Assembly (NCBI RefSeq): GCF_001194135.2
Contig: NC_068981.1
Location: forward strand, 15,319,981-15,380,092
Length of the DNA: 60,112 nt
Source: Octopus bimaculoides
Taxonomy: Eukaryota
Direction: 5' to 3'
The translations under genes and the position numbers were made by a program. Shown in pieces: positions 39,340 to 51,589 of this stretch. Below the pieces are notes generated by a model. It did not search any database. It saw only the letters and a list, made by a program, of their open reading frames with translations, and was not told where the DNA came from. The number at the start of each line of letters is the position of its first letter. The stretch's first letter is position 1.

Positions 39340-40630
39340 AAAAATAATTGAAATATTTTGCAAATATTTCCAGAGTCTTCAAATAGGTCGGAGGAGTTGA
39401 TTCATTCTATAGTCCTTTTTTGTAAAGGAATGTTCTGGAGGATGGTGTCGAAGGCCTCGTTGTTTAGGGGTTTGTGTGCGGATATATATGCCAGGTTTTT
39501 TAGTTGTGACTCATTCTTTAGTTTGGGATGTCTGAGTTCCTGGTTGTTGAGTTGCAAGGCACTTTGAAAACCAATATCAATTACGGATGGTGGGTAATTC
39601 CTGCTGATGAGTGTACCTTTATCTCATATTGTCGTTTGTACCTGATGCTTGTATCAGATACTATAGTGCAAATCCTTTTGACTAGGTTGAAATGGATTTT
39701 CATTCTAGTTTTTCTGGGAGGGGGGGTATTGCTTGAAATCCGTGGACGTATATAGTACATGCTTTTGGATTTCTTAATTAGGATGTCCAGAAATAGAAGT
39801 TGTTGATGGCTATATTCAATTGTAAATTTAATGTGTATTTCAAATCTATTTATAAGTGCTTGAAATTCTATAAGTCTCTCTATACTTTCATGCTAAAGAA
39901 AGAAGCAGGCATCTAGATATCTCTTCCAGCTATATTCTATTTAAAGAGACAATGGGTTTCCGTATGTTTCCAGTACCTTAAGATAAAGAGTGATTTCTAG
40001 GTTGCCCATGACAGAGTTGGCAAAGGAGGGGGTCATTCTCGTAGCCATCGCAGTCCCCGATTTCGTATTTCTCTACTGCCCACAAGGGGCTACACACAGG
40101 GAAGACAAAGAAGGACAGACAAACGGATTAAGTCGATTATATCGACGCCAGTGCGTAATTGGTACTTATTTAATCGACCGCGAAAGGATGAAAGGCAAAG
40201 TCGACCTCGGCGAAATTTGAACTCAGAACGTAACGGCAGACGAAATACCGCTAAGCATTACGTCCGGCGTGCTAACGTTTCTGCCAGCTCACCGCCTTAT
40301 TCACAGTCCCCCGATTTCTCTCGATAGAAGTTGTCATTGAATAGGAAGAAGTTATTCTCCAAGATGAAATTTAGCCCTTCTATTACGACTTTTTTTTGTC
40401 TTTGATGAGATTTGGGATTTCATGGCAGTAATTCTCTAGCCAAATTGGATTGCTTCTCTTCCCAGGTTGTGGGGGATAGTAGACTACTGGTTGATAACAC
40501 AGGAGGATACTAGTAGGGCTTTTTTTATGAATTGCTTCAGAGAGGCGGTTGAGAATATTTAGGTCGCCCCTTATGTAGCTTTTTAGATACTTGTGGAACG
40601 GTTTTTAGAAGGGATCTAAAATGCTGTTGA
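39340..40630 (-). mobile_element. Decayed Penelope-like reverse transcriptase, interrupted by a SINE
   Basis: Minus strand: KSYIRGDL, TIPHNLGREAI, EGLNFILENNFFLFNDNFY, GTAMATRMTPSFANSVMGNLE, WKRYLDACF (RYLDD-like), IKFTIEYSHQQLLFLDILI. Confidence 0.88.
40066..40300 (-). mobile_element. SINE family A (tail type 2) inserted in the PLE RT
   Basis: TSD CAGTCCCC(C)GATTTC at 40051-40064 and 40304-40318 duplicates the GTA codons of the GTAM motif. Confidence 0.92.
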
Positions 40631-41809
40631 GGTTTATAATTTTAAGAATATTATTACTCTTGCTCGCATTTTTCCATGTAATAACAATATATCCGAAATC
40701 TATGCGAACACAATATCTTCAAGGTAGCCCATAACAGCTTGAATTGAAAGTAACAAGCTTGATTTAATACAACACCATATAATTAAAGACAAAGCGTAGC
40801 TCACATTTATACACTTAAATATAAATTTTATTAGATTAGCCAGTATGAAGATCATCAAACACTTTTCCGTCATTGAGGGACGATTATCTTCAATTGTAAA
40901 GAAAACATTGTTATCATGTCATATACAACCAATCGACATTAAACGGTTTTAGTGAGAGCGTGGTTTGCCTGCGTACACTTGCTCTCTTATTTCTGCATTT
41001 CTTCACCACAATATATCATTGTTTCAATATAAGTGACCAATTTCGGTACGATATTAAACAAAAATTATCTTATAATCGACAATAAAACTCAAAATTCTAA
41101 ATATATGTATATATTTAATGCAATGCTAAATTAACAATATTCTTTCTTTTCTATTCTTTACTACATCAAACATTGAAAAATCGTATCCGTTGAGAAGTAT
41201 ACAATAACACAAATAATAATATGTACAAAACTCGCCCGAAGTTTCATTAGAACGTATGATCATGAACTCAGATAGGAAAGAGATATCGCCATACGATATT
41301 TCAACTCAGAAGTCCTCCGGGAAATTGTAGCTACAGTAAATGATTGATTGAAGTTATTTTGCAGTTTATTAGCAAGACAGCTATCGCCCAGAAATATATT
41401 ACCGTTTAAGGAATGACAATTGAACAGACTTCAAGGTTGTATTATGGGTTTTATTAATTGGAAAAAAAGGGAAATGGGAAACAGAAATCATAAGAATGAT
41501 TGAGGTATCTTGAAAGTCATCTGAATAGTATCAAGTATATAAACTTATATAAAGATTTCTATAGAAATAATGAAGAGATTACTAAAGTGCTATGTAGTGA
41601 GATAACTAATAGCTGCACAATGAGATTGAAAACAGGACAAGGGGAAAATATTAGCGAATAATTTAGAAGCTTTTGCTATGTGGAGAGCTAGAAGCTAATT
41701 AAGAATATTAACAAAAGATAATACAAAATAACATAAAAACAAAACAACGATGTTTGACTAAGAATGACAGAAGATAGTTCACATAAAGAAAACTAACATA
41801 ACTGTGTGC

Positions 41810-42010
41810 TTGTATGTGCGCGAGCACATACAAACACGCACACACGCAGAAACATACGCACATACACACACACACACATATGCACACTGACAAACATTCG
41901 CACATACACACACATACATACATACACACATGCACACATATTCGCACGTACCCACGCACGTATACACACGCGCAAGCATTCACACGTACACACATATACA
42001 CACACGCACA
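41810..42010. repeat. Degenerate (CA)n/(CATA)n tract
   Basis: Direct reading; source of the HTHT/CVCV ORFs. Confidence 0.9.
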
Positions 42011-43509
42011 GGCACATGATTATAAAAGGAAATATGAATGGAGGGAAACCAACAATGTAATCAAGATTTACATGAGTGGATCTTAAGGACTACATGTGTA
42101 GACACCTAAATACAGTGAACGTGTAATGGTATCACAAAAATAATCAAGGTGTTGAATTCTTGATAAATGGTTTCTAAAGCTACACAAAATGGACGAAACC
42201 TGATCATGTTCTTTTATATGTATTCCATGACGCACAAAACAACCACACTAATTATTGAGCTACTGCAATAAGCAAAACACAACGAGACAATCGGCATGAT
42301 TTGTCGAATCTAGTTAATACATATATTTAATGTGAATGAGGACGTAGTAGTCTTTTATTCAAACCTTACTTTCTTTTTTTATCTCTCTTCTACAATCAAT
42401 ATTTTATTATATTCGGAGTTATAATTATATTCATTAACATAATAAATGAAACGAAATTATTTAATGCTGTCTATAAGAGACCAACATCAGAAGGAAATTA
42501 TGTGAAATATGTATGCAAGAACATAAATGTGCTGTTAACTCGATTTACCATATGTCCTCTTATACAGCACTCTCAACTAAATATATTTGCAACTGGGGAC
42601 TATTGTTACTGTCTTAGTTTTATCGCAACAATTCCACTCATATTTTGTTTCTGCAGTCACAAGTTAGCATACATTCAATGGCGAATCGAAAATACGAAAT
42701 TTTTATGACTAAAAGTAAGTCTGTAGCTTCAACGTATCGATTTTGATAGAAAAGCAATAATTCTACAAACTTTTACTGTGCTAAAATGTAAGCGAATCTT
42801 CTTCTATTTACGTTTAGCTTCAAGCAAAACATTTAATATCAGCGAATCTCTTAAGTAAAATTATTTATATGATAAAAGCGTCACACATTTGGATTATGTT
42901 AGTAGATGCAGAGGTTTAGTTAAGGAAACTAAAATATAAATATTGATTTTTTGACAAGGACAGAAAAGTAGAAAATCACGAAAAGGGAAAATAAAATAAA
43001 GATGACGTTCATACCTTTCTCTATAGTGTTTAGGCCATAAATGTTTCACAGGGTAAAATTACGTGTTGTGAAAAGAAGGCCTTTAATTTATGCTCTGAGT
43101 CAGAATAACTAGAAATATTTGATGGGCAAGATATTCCGAAGGGTTTAAGAGTATTACAATTACAACAATATAAACATATGTAAACATGTATGCATGTATT
43201 CACGTGCGTATACACGCACACGCACTCACACACATATATCTGTGTGTGTGTGTGCGCGCGCGCGCGTGTATTTACACAGTATTTGTGGAGCACGAGGCTC
43301 TGTGTATGTATGTTCTCTTTTATTAATTATTCAAATTCTTCATCTAAGAAGGAGTTGGTTTCTAACAAACCTACAAAGTTCCATCGTTGAGATGTATATA
43401 ACAAAAACAATGTCATATCTTAATCTCAGAAAAAGTCTTGCATTTTTTTTACTTATTTGTAATAGGCTTCTCACTTCATTGATTTTTTTCTGAAATTCCA
43501 AGCTTATCT

Positions 43510-43810
43510 TTTCCTCGTTTTATTTCTAAAAATGCAGGTTTGGACTCACCAAATCTCATCTGGTTGTCCGTAGAAAACTGGGTTATATGGTCCAATTTGC
43601 TTTTTTTGTTCCATGTGGTTGATTTGTGCCGTGCAGTTTCAAGTCATCGACAAAGAAAAGACTGAATATACTTCTTGATCCATTTCGGTGCTCACCATGT
43701 TTTGTGAGTAGGTATGATAGCTGATTTAATGAGAATACAAAGTGTAACGTAGAGATGCTATCACCCTGAAAGATACCTTTTAGGTAGTGGATGCTATCCG
43801 ACTCTGATCC
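43510..43810 (-). mobile_element. R4/Dong-type non-LTR RT fragment
   Basis: QGDSISTLHFVFSLNQLSYLL...LFFVDDLKL...QFSTDNQMRFGESK. Confidence 0.8.
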
Positions 43811-43994
43811 TTGTCACACCTATGAGGCTTTCAACAGCACACACTAAGTATGTATGTATGTATGTATGTATGTATGTATGTATGTATATATGTATGTATG
43901 TATGTATTTATGTATGCATGTATGTATGTAAGTTTATTTAATCGTTTAAATTCTTCCTCTGAAGAAGCAGCTGGAATGTAGATAACGAAAACAA

Positions 43995-44760
43995 CCTCAC
44001 ATTTTAAATCTGAGAAATGTCTTGTATCTTTATAATGTTCCACTTACAGATTGTATATGCAATGTGCGAATCGGTTGATTTCTGAAAATCGGTTGATTTT
44101 CTGAAAATCCAAGCTGATCCAGACTGAAAAGGTAAGCATTTACTTACAAAACCAAGTCTTCCAAATATTACTGGTACAAATGTAAACTTTTAATTCGGAA
44201 ATAGAAGCTGGGGGTTTCGAATCAGTTATCTTCCTTCTATTTCATTTTTCAAGAGATATTCACTTCTGCAGTACAGCAGACCTCTAGGACTCTACATACT
44301 TTTTCGTTTTTTTTTTTGTATGTCCCAAACAACGATATCCGGTCTGTTATGCTTACAATTGACAGACATTTTGATAGCAATGTTCCATTAGTATTCCTGA
44401 CACTGGTAATTGTAAAATTATTCAATTATTAGAGGATATTAGGGGGCAATCTATATTTATCCCAAGACATTTATTCTGAATGACATTGTATATTGTTTTT
44501 GTGTCAATGTCATGCTGCTTAGGGAATTGGTAACTTGATGACATATTTGTGCAGCTGCTAATCACAGGTGTGATGTGTGTATGTGTCTATTATGTGGGCT
44601 CTCCAGTCGTAGACGACAGGTAAGGATTCCGGAGATTCTTCTCAGACAACATAGATGACTTTTATACAGTTATTCAGTGTTTGAGGTGTACAGTATCTCA
44701 CTCACTCCATTGATTTGCTATTTTCACCACAGATGTACATGGGACCACAGAGGAAAGTGA
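43995..44760 (-). mobile_element. R4/Dong-type C-terminus (zinc knuckle and restriction-like endonuclease), decayed
   Basis: ICGENS..., CKHNRPDIVVWD...VLEVCCTAEVNIS, ending KTFLRFKM*. Confidence 0.75.
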
Positions 44761-46065
44761 AATGAAGTGTTTTGCAACAGGGTATATATATATGTGTATC
44801 TGTGTGTCTGTGCGCGTGTATGTATGTGTACGTGCATTTTATTTTGACAACTTACCTCCAATCTATCCCCCTCTATCTTCTCTCATGCTTCTCTACATAC
44901 CTTACTAATGTCCATCAGCCACTGAACCGGTCAACATCTTTCCCTCAAATAATGGCCATTCCCGTTTTCACTATCGCAACCTTTAACTCATACAAATTAG
45001 CACAAATGTTACCATTTACATCGTACCTAAACCACACTTCCTTCGTCCTCCCACCTCCACCTCTACTACTATGACTCCCTACGAGCCTCATTAATAACGG
45101 CGAACCCTCAAATTTATTTTCTGTTCCCCCTACTCTATCGAAATACCTCTCAACTCCTCCTTCTAATATGTTTAGATCTCCATAAAATCATTCAATCTTT
45201 AATCTCAATTTTGTCAATACCTCATATGTAAATCTTCTTTCCTGAAGATGGAAGCTGGTATTACCCGATGATGGAATCAATCCACAATCGTTATTTTGAA
45301 CAACCAATCCCCCCCCCAGCCACAGCTGTTGGACGCGTAAAACTTTTATTCAACATGTATCATTCCTGGTATCATTTCTATTCTGTGTAAGTCGGGCCTT
45401 TTTCTGTGCAAACACAAATATATTTTTGCTATTAAATGTATTTAATATTTTTAGTATATCGAGTTGCCAAACTTTCTTATCGTTACACTTACTTCTATAC
45501 CTGCTCAAGTTTAAGACTCTTGAGCACTACAAAAGTATTCTAGACGGGGAATATATATCTCTAACTCTGCCTCTTACTCTCCATCTCCCCTCTTCTCTAT
45601 ATGTATGTATACACACATGTGTATGTACCTGTAAGATATATAAATATACATAGATAGATAGAGAGGGAGAGATATGGAGAGGAAGAGCGTGAAAGAAAGG
45701 TAGAAAAGAAAAAGAAAGAAAGAAAGAAAAGTGATAGAATCTTAAAGAGTGGTATAGTTACACAAAAAGTCAGCTGAGAAATGTGAGAGAGACTTATAAG
45801 TTTCTTTTTCACGGACATGTTGGCTGATAGAAAAGTCAACACAACGATGCTTATGGACAACTGTCACTATGTAGGATATAATAAATATAGAATTGACTCC
45901 ATATTTCATATTGTGTTCTATGTCAGATGATCTTTCATCAGTGCATAGCGAGCATCCATATTAATTGAGGAGCTACACATAGATATGGATATATGTATGT
46001 CTGTGTGTTTGTGTGTGTGTGACAAATATTCTCAGACATATATGTATACAAATGTAGGTGTATAA

Positions 46066-46100
<35 letters not shown>

Positions 46101-46495
46101 NNNNNNNNNNNNNNNNNNNNNNNNNNNNNNNNNNNNNNNNNNNNNNNNNNNNNNNNNNNNNNNNNNNNNNNNNNNNNNNNNNNNNNNNNNNNNNNNNNNN
46201 NNNNNNNNNNNNNNNNNNNNNNNNNNNNNNNNNNNNNNNNNNNNNNNNNNNNNNNNNNNNNNNNNNNNNNNNNNNNNNNNNNNNNNNNNNNNNNNNNNNN
46301 NNNNNNNNNNNNNNNNNNNNNNNNNNNNNNNNNNNNNNNNNNNNNNNNNNNNNNNNNNNNNNNNNNNNNNNNNNNNNNNNNNNNNNNNNNNNNNNNNNNN
46401 NNNNNNNNNNNNNNNNNNNNNNNNNNNNNNNNNNNNNNNNNNNNNNNNNNNNNNNNNNNNNNNNNNNNNNNNNNNNNNNNNNNNNNNNNNNNNNN

Positions 46496-46538
<43 letters not shown>

Positions 46539-47361
46539 ATTCGGTTGTTTGGTTTAAAAAGCCACATCAGATGTCATGATGGTTCTAAGGTCTAGATACA
46601 GGGTGTTGTCAAACTCTGCATAAAAGGTAGACAACCACCCTATATATATAGTTATATAATACTTTGAGGCCTTTGAATTGAAATCCTGCGTGCCAATCCC
46701 TTTTATTAAAGCCAAAATTGAGAGATATTCCTTTTAAAAATGGAGCTGGTAGCATATTTTGTTGCGTATTGGGAGCGTCATTACGCCAATAAAAATTAAA
46801 ATAAAAACTTGCACAGTTACAATATCGGTTGCTTTTTTTTTACCAACTAACTACCGTTTGGTTGTTTCATGTGGTGATTGTACACTCAATCAGTTGTTAG
46901 TTTTCTCAATCAGAGTCCTTTCGTTGCAATTCACGTTCTCAACACTGTTGTGAGATATTCATAACTAAAATATGATTATTCCAGGTAGTATATTCTATGA
47001 TATTCCAAGCTTATTAACAAATATTCTCGAAATGGACATCAAGTGGACAGGGAGCAAAATGGTAACATATAAGCAATAGTTCTGACATATTATCTCATCA
47101 TAAATCATATTGAACTTTACTGTTGGGAACTATTTCGACAATGGCGACGAAATAAAATTGCAGTAAATACCATAGAGAGTTTAGAAGAAAAACAAAAGAA
47201 ATCAAAACTTTCGCAGTTATGTTAGTAAGCATTCCTATAGAGCAGGGGCCATATGGTTTACATGATAAGGAAGAAAATATCACAGTACATATAATTCATG
47301 GCAAAACACATTTGTATACACATATAGGTAAATGATTATAAATATATATATATTACAACAG

Positions 47362-47483
47362 AAAATAGTGGTACAACAAGGCACCAATGAACCTTTACTG
47401 GCAAAGACGTGCTTTACATAACGTAATACGGTTATCGACAGCTACTTCCAGAAAACATTGGTGCCTTGTTGTACCACTATTTT
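47362..47483. repeat. Perfect 28-bp inverted repeat with 66-nt spacer
   Basis: AAAATAGTGGTACAACAAGGCACCAATG (47362-47389) and its exact reverse complement (47456-47483). Confidence 0.95.
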
Positions 47484-47771
47484 TTAATTATTATTCTATC
47501 TTTACGGTACTTTATTTAGCTGGAAAATAATACTATTTACTTGCAAAACTATTTATATTTTTTATATAAAACTTTTTCACTGATCTCGGTTCTGTTTAAG
47601 GCTACACGTTCAACCGAATACTGCCATTGATGTGACGAATACTTTACAATTTCGTCTTTTGTGAATCTAACTGATGAGAACTACCTGAATTTATGATAAC
47701 AGGCGTTTTAGGTGAGTACTAGATGCACTCAGGCTTGTCCATCTATCCGGTATTTTTACTAGACGTAAGTG

Positions 47772-47809
<38 letters not shown>

Positions 47810-48849
47810 NNNNNNNNNNNNNNNNNNNNNNNNNNNNNNNNNNNNNNNNNNNNNNNNNNNNNNNNNNNNNNNNNNNNNNNNNNNNNNNNNNNNNNNNNNN
47901 NNNNNNNNNNNNNNNNNNNNNNNNNNNNNNNNNNNNNNNNNNNNNNNNNNNNNNNNNNNNNNNNNNNNNNNNNNNNNNNNNNNNNNNNNNNNNNNNNNNN
48001 NNNNNNNNNNNNNNNNNNNNNNNNNNNNNNNNNNNNNNNNNNNNNNNNNNNNNNNNNNNNNNNNNNNNNNNNNNNNNNNNNNNNNNNNNNNNNNNNNNNN
48101 NNNNNNNNNNNNNNNNNNNNNNNNNNNNNNNNNNNNNNNNNNNNNNNNNNNNNNNNNNNNNNNNNNNNNNNNNNNNNNNNNNNNNNNNNNNNNNNNNNNN
48201 NNNNNNNNNNNNNNNNNNNNNNNNNNNNNNNNNNNNNNNNNNNNNNNNNNNNNNNNNNNNNNNNNNNNNNNNNNNNNNNNNNNNNNNNNNNNNNNNNNNN
48301 NNNNNNNNNNNNNNNNNNNNNNNNNNNNNNNNNNNNNNNNNNNNNNNNNNNNNNNNNNNNNNNNNNNNNNNNNNNNNNNNNNNNNNNNNNNNNNNNNNNN
48401 NNNNNNNNNNNNNNNNNNNNNNNNNNNNNNNNNNNNNNNNNNNNNNNNNNNNNNNNNNNNNNNNNNNNNNNNNNNNNNNNNNNNNNNNNNNNNNNNNNNN
48501 NNNNNNNNNNNNNNNNNNNNNNNNNNNNNNNNNNNNNNNNNNNNNNNNNNNNNNNNNNNNNNNNNNNNNNNNNNNNNNNNNNNNNNNNNNNNNNNNNNNN
48601 NNNNNNNNNNNNNNNNNNNNNNNNNNNNNNNNNNNNNNNNNNNNNNNNNNNNNNNNNNNNNNNNNNNNNNNNNNNATATATATATATATATATATACGCA
48701 TATTTATACACATACACCCATACACATATATCCTTTCAGTTAGCTTTCGGGAAACCTTTGAATATGCATATTAATTTCTGCTATATTATCATGTCGGCTA
48801 TAGCCTAATGATGCCATCTGGCAATAACAGCTTTTTTACGGTCACGCAG

Positions 48850-49008
48850 TGCTGTGCAGGTATAATGTATGTGCAGAAAGAGACTCTTTGAGTGTTTTGA
48901 TAGCAGGCTGCTCTCCGTTCTCAGAGAATCTACCGGATAAAACAGACCAAGCTTTCTGAGAAATAAAACAATAAAAGTAATAATAATAATAATAATAATA
49001 TTAATAAT
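48850..49008 (+). mobile_element. 3' UTR of an R4/Dong-type LINE ending in (AAT)n
   Basis: AGCAGGCTG..TCCG.TCTCA.AGAATCTACCGGA...TTCTGAGAA.TAAA is homologous to the 3' UTR at about 55630-55720 (-). Confidence 0.7.
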
Positions 49009-49165
49009 ATCTACTTCAATGTCTACAATTTTCTGTGGAAATGTTATCTTCCTTTTCTACCTGACTAACCGAATATGTAAACATACCTTTTATTGAAACA
49101 GCACAATTAAATGCACTATAACAAAAAGCAATCGAATGATAAATTTAAGAAATATAAACGCTGTT

Positions 49166-49335
49166 ACAGTTCTATATTAAAGAGACGGGAGAATTATGTA
49201 CATTATTTACATTATTTACATTTGACGAATATTTGTCCTCATTTTGTTTGTTGTTAACACAGCGTTTCGGCTGATAGACCCTCCAGCCTCCATCAGGTGT
49301 CTTGGGGAAGTTTCGAACCTGGGTCCTCATTCCTA
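49166..49335 (-). mobile_element. Inverted partial copy of the SINE family C 3' region, with a hammerhead-like motif at 49257-49300
   Basis: Reverse complement matches 50080-50205; ACAC-CTGATGG-A-GGCTG(10 nt)CAGCC-GAAAC-GCT-GTGT. Confidence 0.75.
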
Positions 49336-49336
49336 T

Positions 49337-50015
49337 GGCGTAGTGGTTAAGAGCGTGGGCTACGAACCCCGTGATTCCGAGTTCGATTTCAGGCAGTGAC
49401 TTGAATAATGATAATAATAACTGGTGGGAACACAAACCACCCCTAGTTCTTGAAAATGATCACATCGCACTCCTCTGGAACTTCACCATTCAAACTGGCA
49501 GAAAAACAGTTACAAATAGGCCAGACATCATATTGAAAGACTTCAGACAAAAAATCATGCCTCCTCATTGATATGACTGTCCCAATCGATATAAACGTAT
49601 CTGTCAAGACCTACCAAAAACCGAGCAAATATAAAGATCTTGAAATAGAAATTAGCAAAATGTGGAATCTGAAGACTAAAACAATACCTATTGTCATAGG
49701 TGCCCTTCGAATGACAGCGAAACGGGCTGATTACTACCTAGCTCAGATACCAGGAAACCCCAAAATGGCTGAAGTTCAAAAGATATTGCTCATGGGAACT
49801 GCCCATATCCTACGTAAAATACTGTATATGTGATCTCAAATTTAAAAAGAAAACATAATTTTCTTATGGTTTCTTAAACATTCTCTACGTACAAATCGAA
49901 ATATACGGTATCCTAGGCATAACACCTACATGAACTTCTAACTTGTTGTCTCTTGAGGTCTCTGGGTGACACTTGGATCCAACTTGTACAAATGCAAAGC
50001 AAAAGTCAAACATAA

Positions 50016-50067
<52 letters not shown>

Positions 50068-50207
50068 TCGAAAAATACCTTAGGAATGAGAACCCAGGTT
50101 CGAAATTTCCCCAAGAGATGTCATGAAGGCTAGAGGGTATATGAGCCGAAACGTGTTAACAACAAACAAGATCAGGACAAGTATCTGCCAAATGTAAATA
50201 ATATAAA
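49337..50207 (+). mobile_element. tRNA-Arg-like SINE family C (head 49337-49400, 3' part 50066-50207), split by an R4/Dong insertion
   Basis: Head GGCGTAGTGGTTAAGAGCGTGGGCT-ACG-AACCCC...GAGTTCGATTTC; no acceptor stem, so not a tRNA gene; the two halves are joined by inference across (AAT)n. Confidence 0.6.
49421..50015 (+). mobile_element. 5'-truncated R4/Dong-type LINE (RLE domain and 3' UTR), flanked by (AAT)n on both sides
   Basis: WWEHKPPLVLEN...LLWNFTIQT...NRPDII; KYKDLEIEISKMWNLKTKTIPIVIGAL; QKILLMGTAHILRKIL*; (AAT)n at 49404-49420 and 50016-50065. Confidence 0.88.
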
Positions 50208-51442
50208 AGCTGTTGTTTACCTTAAGCTTGTATCTCACGCAAGTCTATTCACACACACTATATACACACATTCAAACACGCGCGAGTGCGCATATATATC
50301 TGTGTGTTTTTGTGTCTGTGTTATATGCATAGTGTATCTGTGTTGGCGTCTGTCTAAATTATATATACGTGTGTTTGCTCGTGTATCGATTTTTGAAAAA
50401 TCATTTCATTTTAAATGAGAATTAAGCTGTTCACTTAAATGTGATTGTTGAAAAGAGACTAGAATTTCTATGGCAATTCTGTTGCCTGTAATTATCACAG
50501 AATTCTTTTAACTTCATGTGTGTAAAAAAGTTAACGATTCTTAGTATTACCGGGCTTAAACTTTCTCGAGTAAATGAAATATTATTTGTAAAGATTAGTA
50601 TTTGTTTGGTTTCAATTATAGTGGAGCTCAGTTGCATGTGGAATGTAGAAACGTTAAATGGAAATCTTGTGTGAGATTCCTACAAATATAACATGTCTAT
50701 TAGACATCTTAATTTCATTATCATTTCATCCATTGTTATTGTTTGGTATAGCACTGCTTTTAGATATTTTAAGACTTTTTTTTTTGTTAATCATGTTATT
50801 ATTGATTCCGAATTATAGAGAACAAATATGGTGAAATATTCCCTACATGGTGCAGCAGCTAGTGACATTTTGCAATGAAATGTTTAGTTTGCAATATGTG
50901 TTCGATATATTTCGCAGTTAAATTCAAACTTCCAATGTTCCATTGAAAAACAACACATTTGCGACACGATATGAATACATTGCCTGATTAATGTGAAGTC
51001 TCGATTCAAGCCCCTGGCATTTGTCATTCAAATACTTTGATTTGGCAAACACCACGCGAAAACTTATGGTACATTTATATATGTATTTTCTAAAATAATT
51101 CTGTCACGAAAATACTAGAAAACGTGATATTGGAGTCATTCTTCCAGGTCTTAGGCAACACATTCATAACATATCACATAACCGTTCAGTGATATATAAA
51201 GTAATTTCAGCTTTAACATGTGGTCGTGACTCAACGTAATATATCTGAATTGAGAAAGAAACTTGTTACCCTGAAAGAAGAAAAATCAATTTAGGAAAAC
51301 CGGATACACGACGTTTGTCAGAAAAACTTCTCATTGTGTCATTAAGGAAATCTCGAAAAATCATAGAAATATTTGTGATAAAACATGTGTTGATAATTGC
51401 GAATTTAAAATAGATATCATTATATAGCACAGAAGGGAATAC

Positions 51443-51480
<38 letters not shown>

Positions 51481-51589
51481 AATGCATGTTTGTATGTGCG
51501 TGTGTAAATATATGTGTCTGTGTGTGCGCATGTGTATGTGAGTATATATATATATATATATATATATGTGTGGGTGTGTTATCTTTTAT

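Larger units (their letters stand above)
1980..48675. other. Assembly gaps (N): 1980-2193, 8810-8859, 9280-9383, 13638-14206, 19436-19764, 21414-21602, 32072-32081, 32388-32845, 33695-34673, 46101-46495, 47810-48675
   Basis: Direct reading; nearly all are bordered by microsatellites or SINEs. Confidence 0.98.

Noticed and set aside
44040-44131. Plus-strand exon-like stretch ending AAAG|GTAAGC with a 19-20 bp tandem duplication
   Set aside because: Lies antisense within the R4/Dong C-terminus; all frames are closed.
45264-45292. Hammerhead-like CCGATGA-TGGA(ATCAA)TCCA-CAATC-GTT
   Set aside because: Stem II is good but three core positions deviate and stem I does not pair.
47601-47711. 111-nt segment with good acceptor and GTGAGT donor
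   Set aside because: All three frames contain stops; at most a non-coding exon and unsupported.
49337-49400. tRNA-Arg(ACG) gene
   Set aside because: Has A/B boxes and an anticodon arm but no 7-bp acceptor stem or poly-T terminator; better read as a SINE head.
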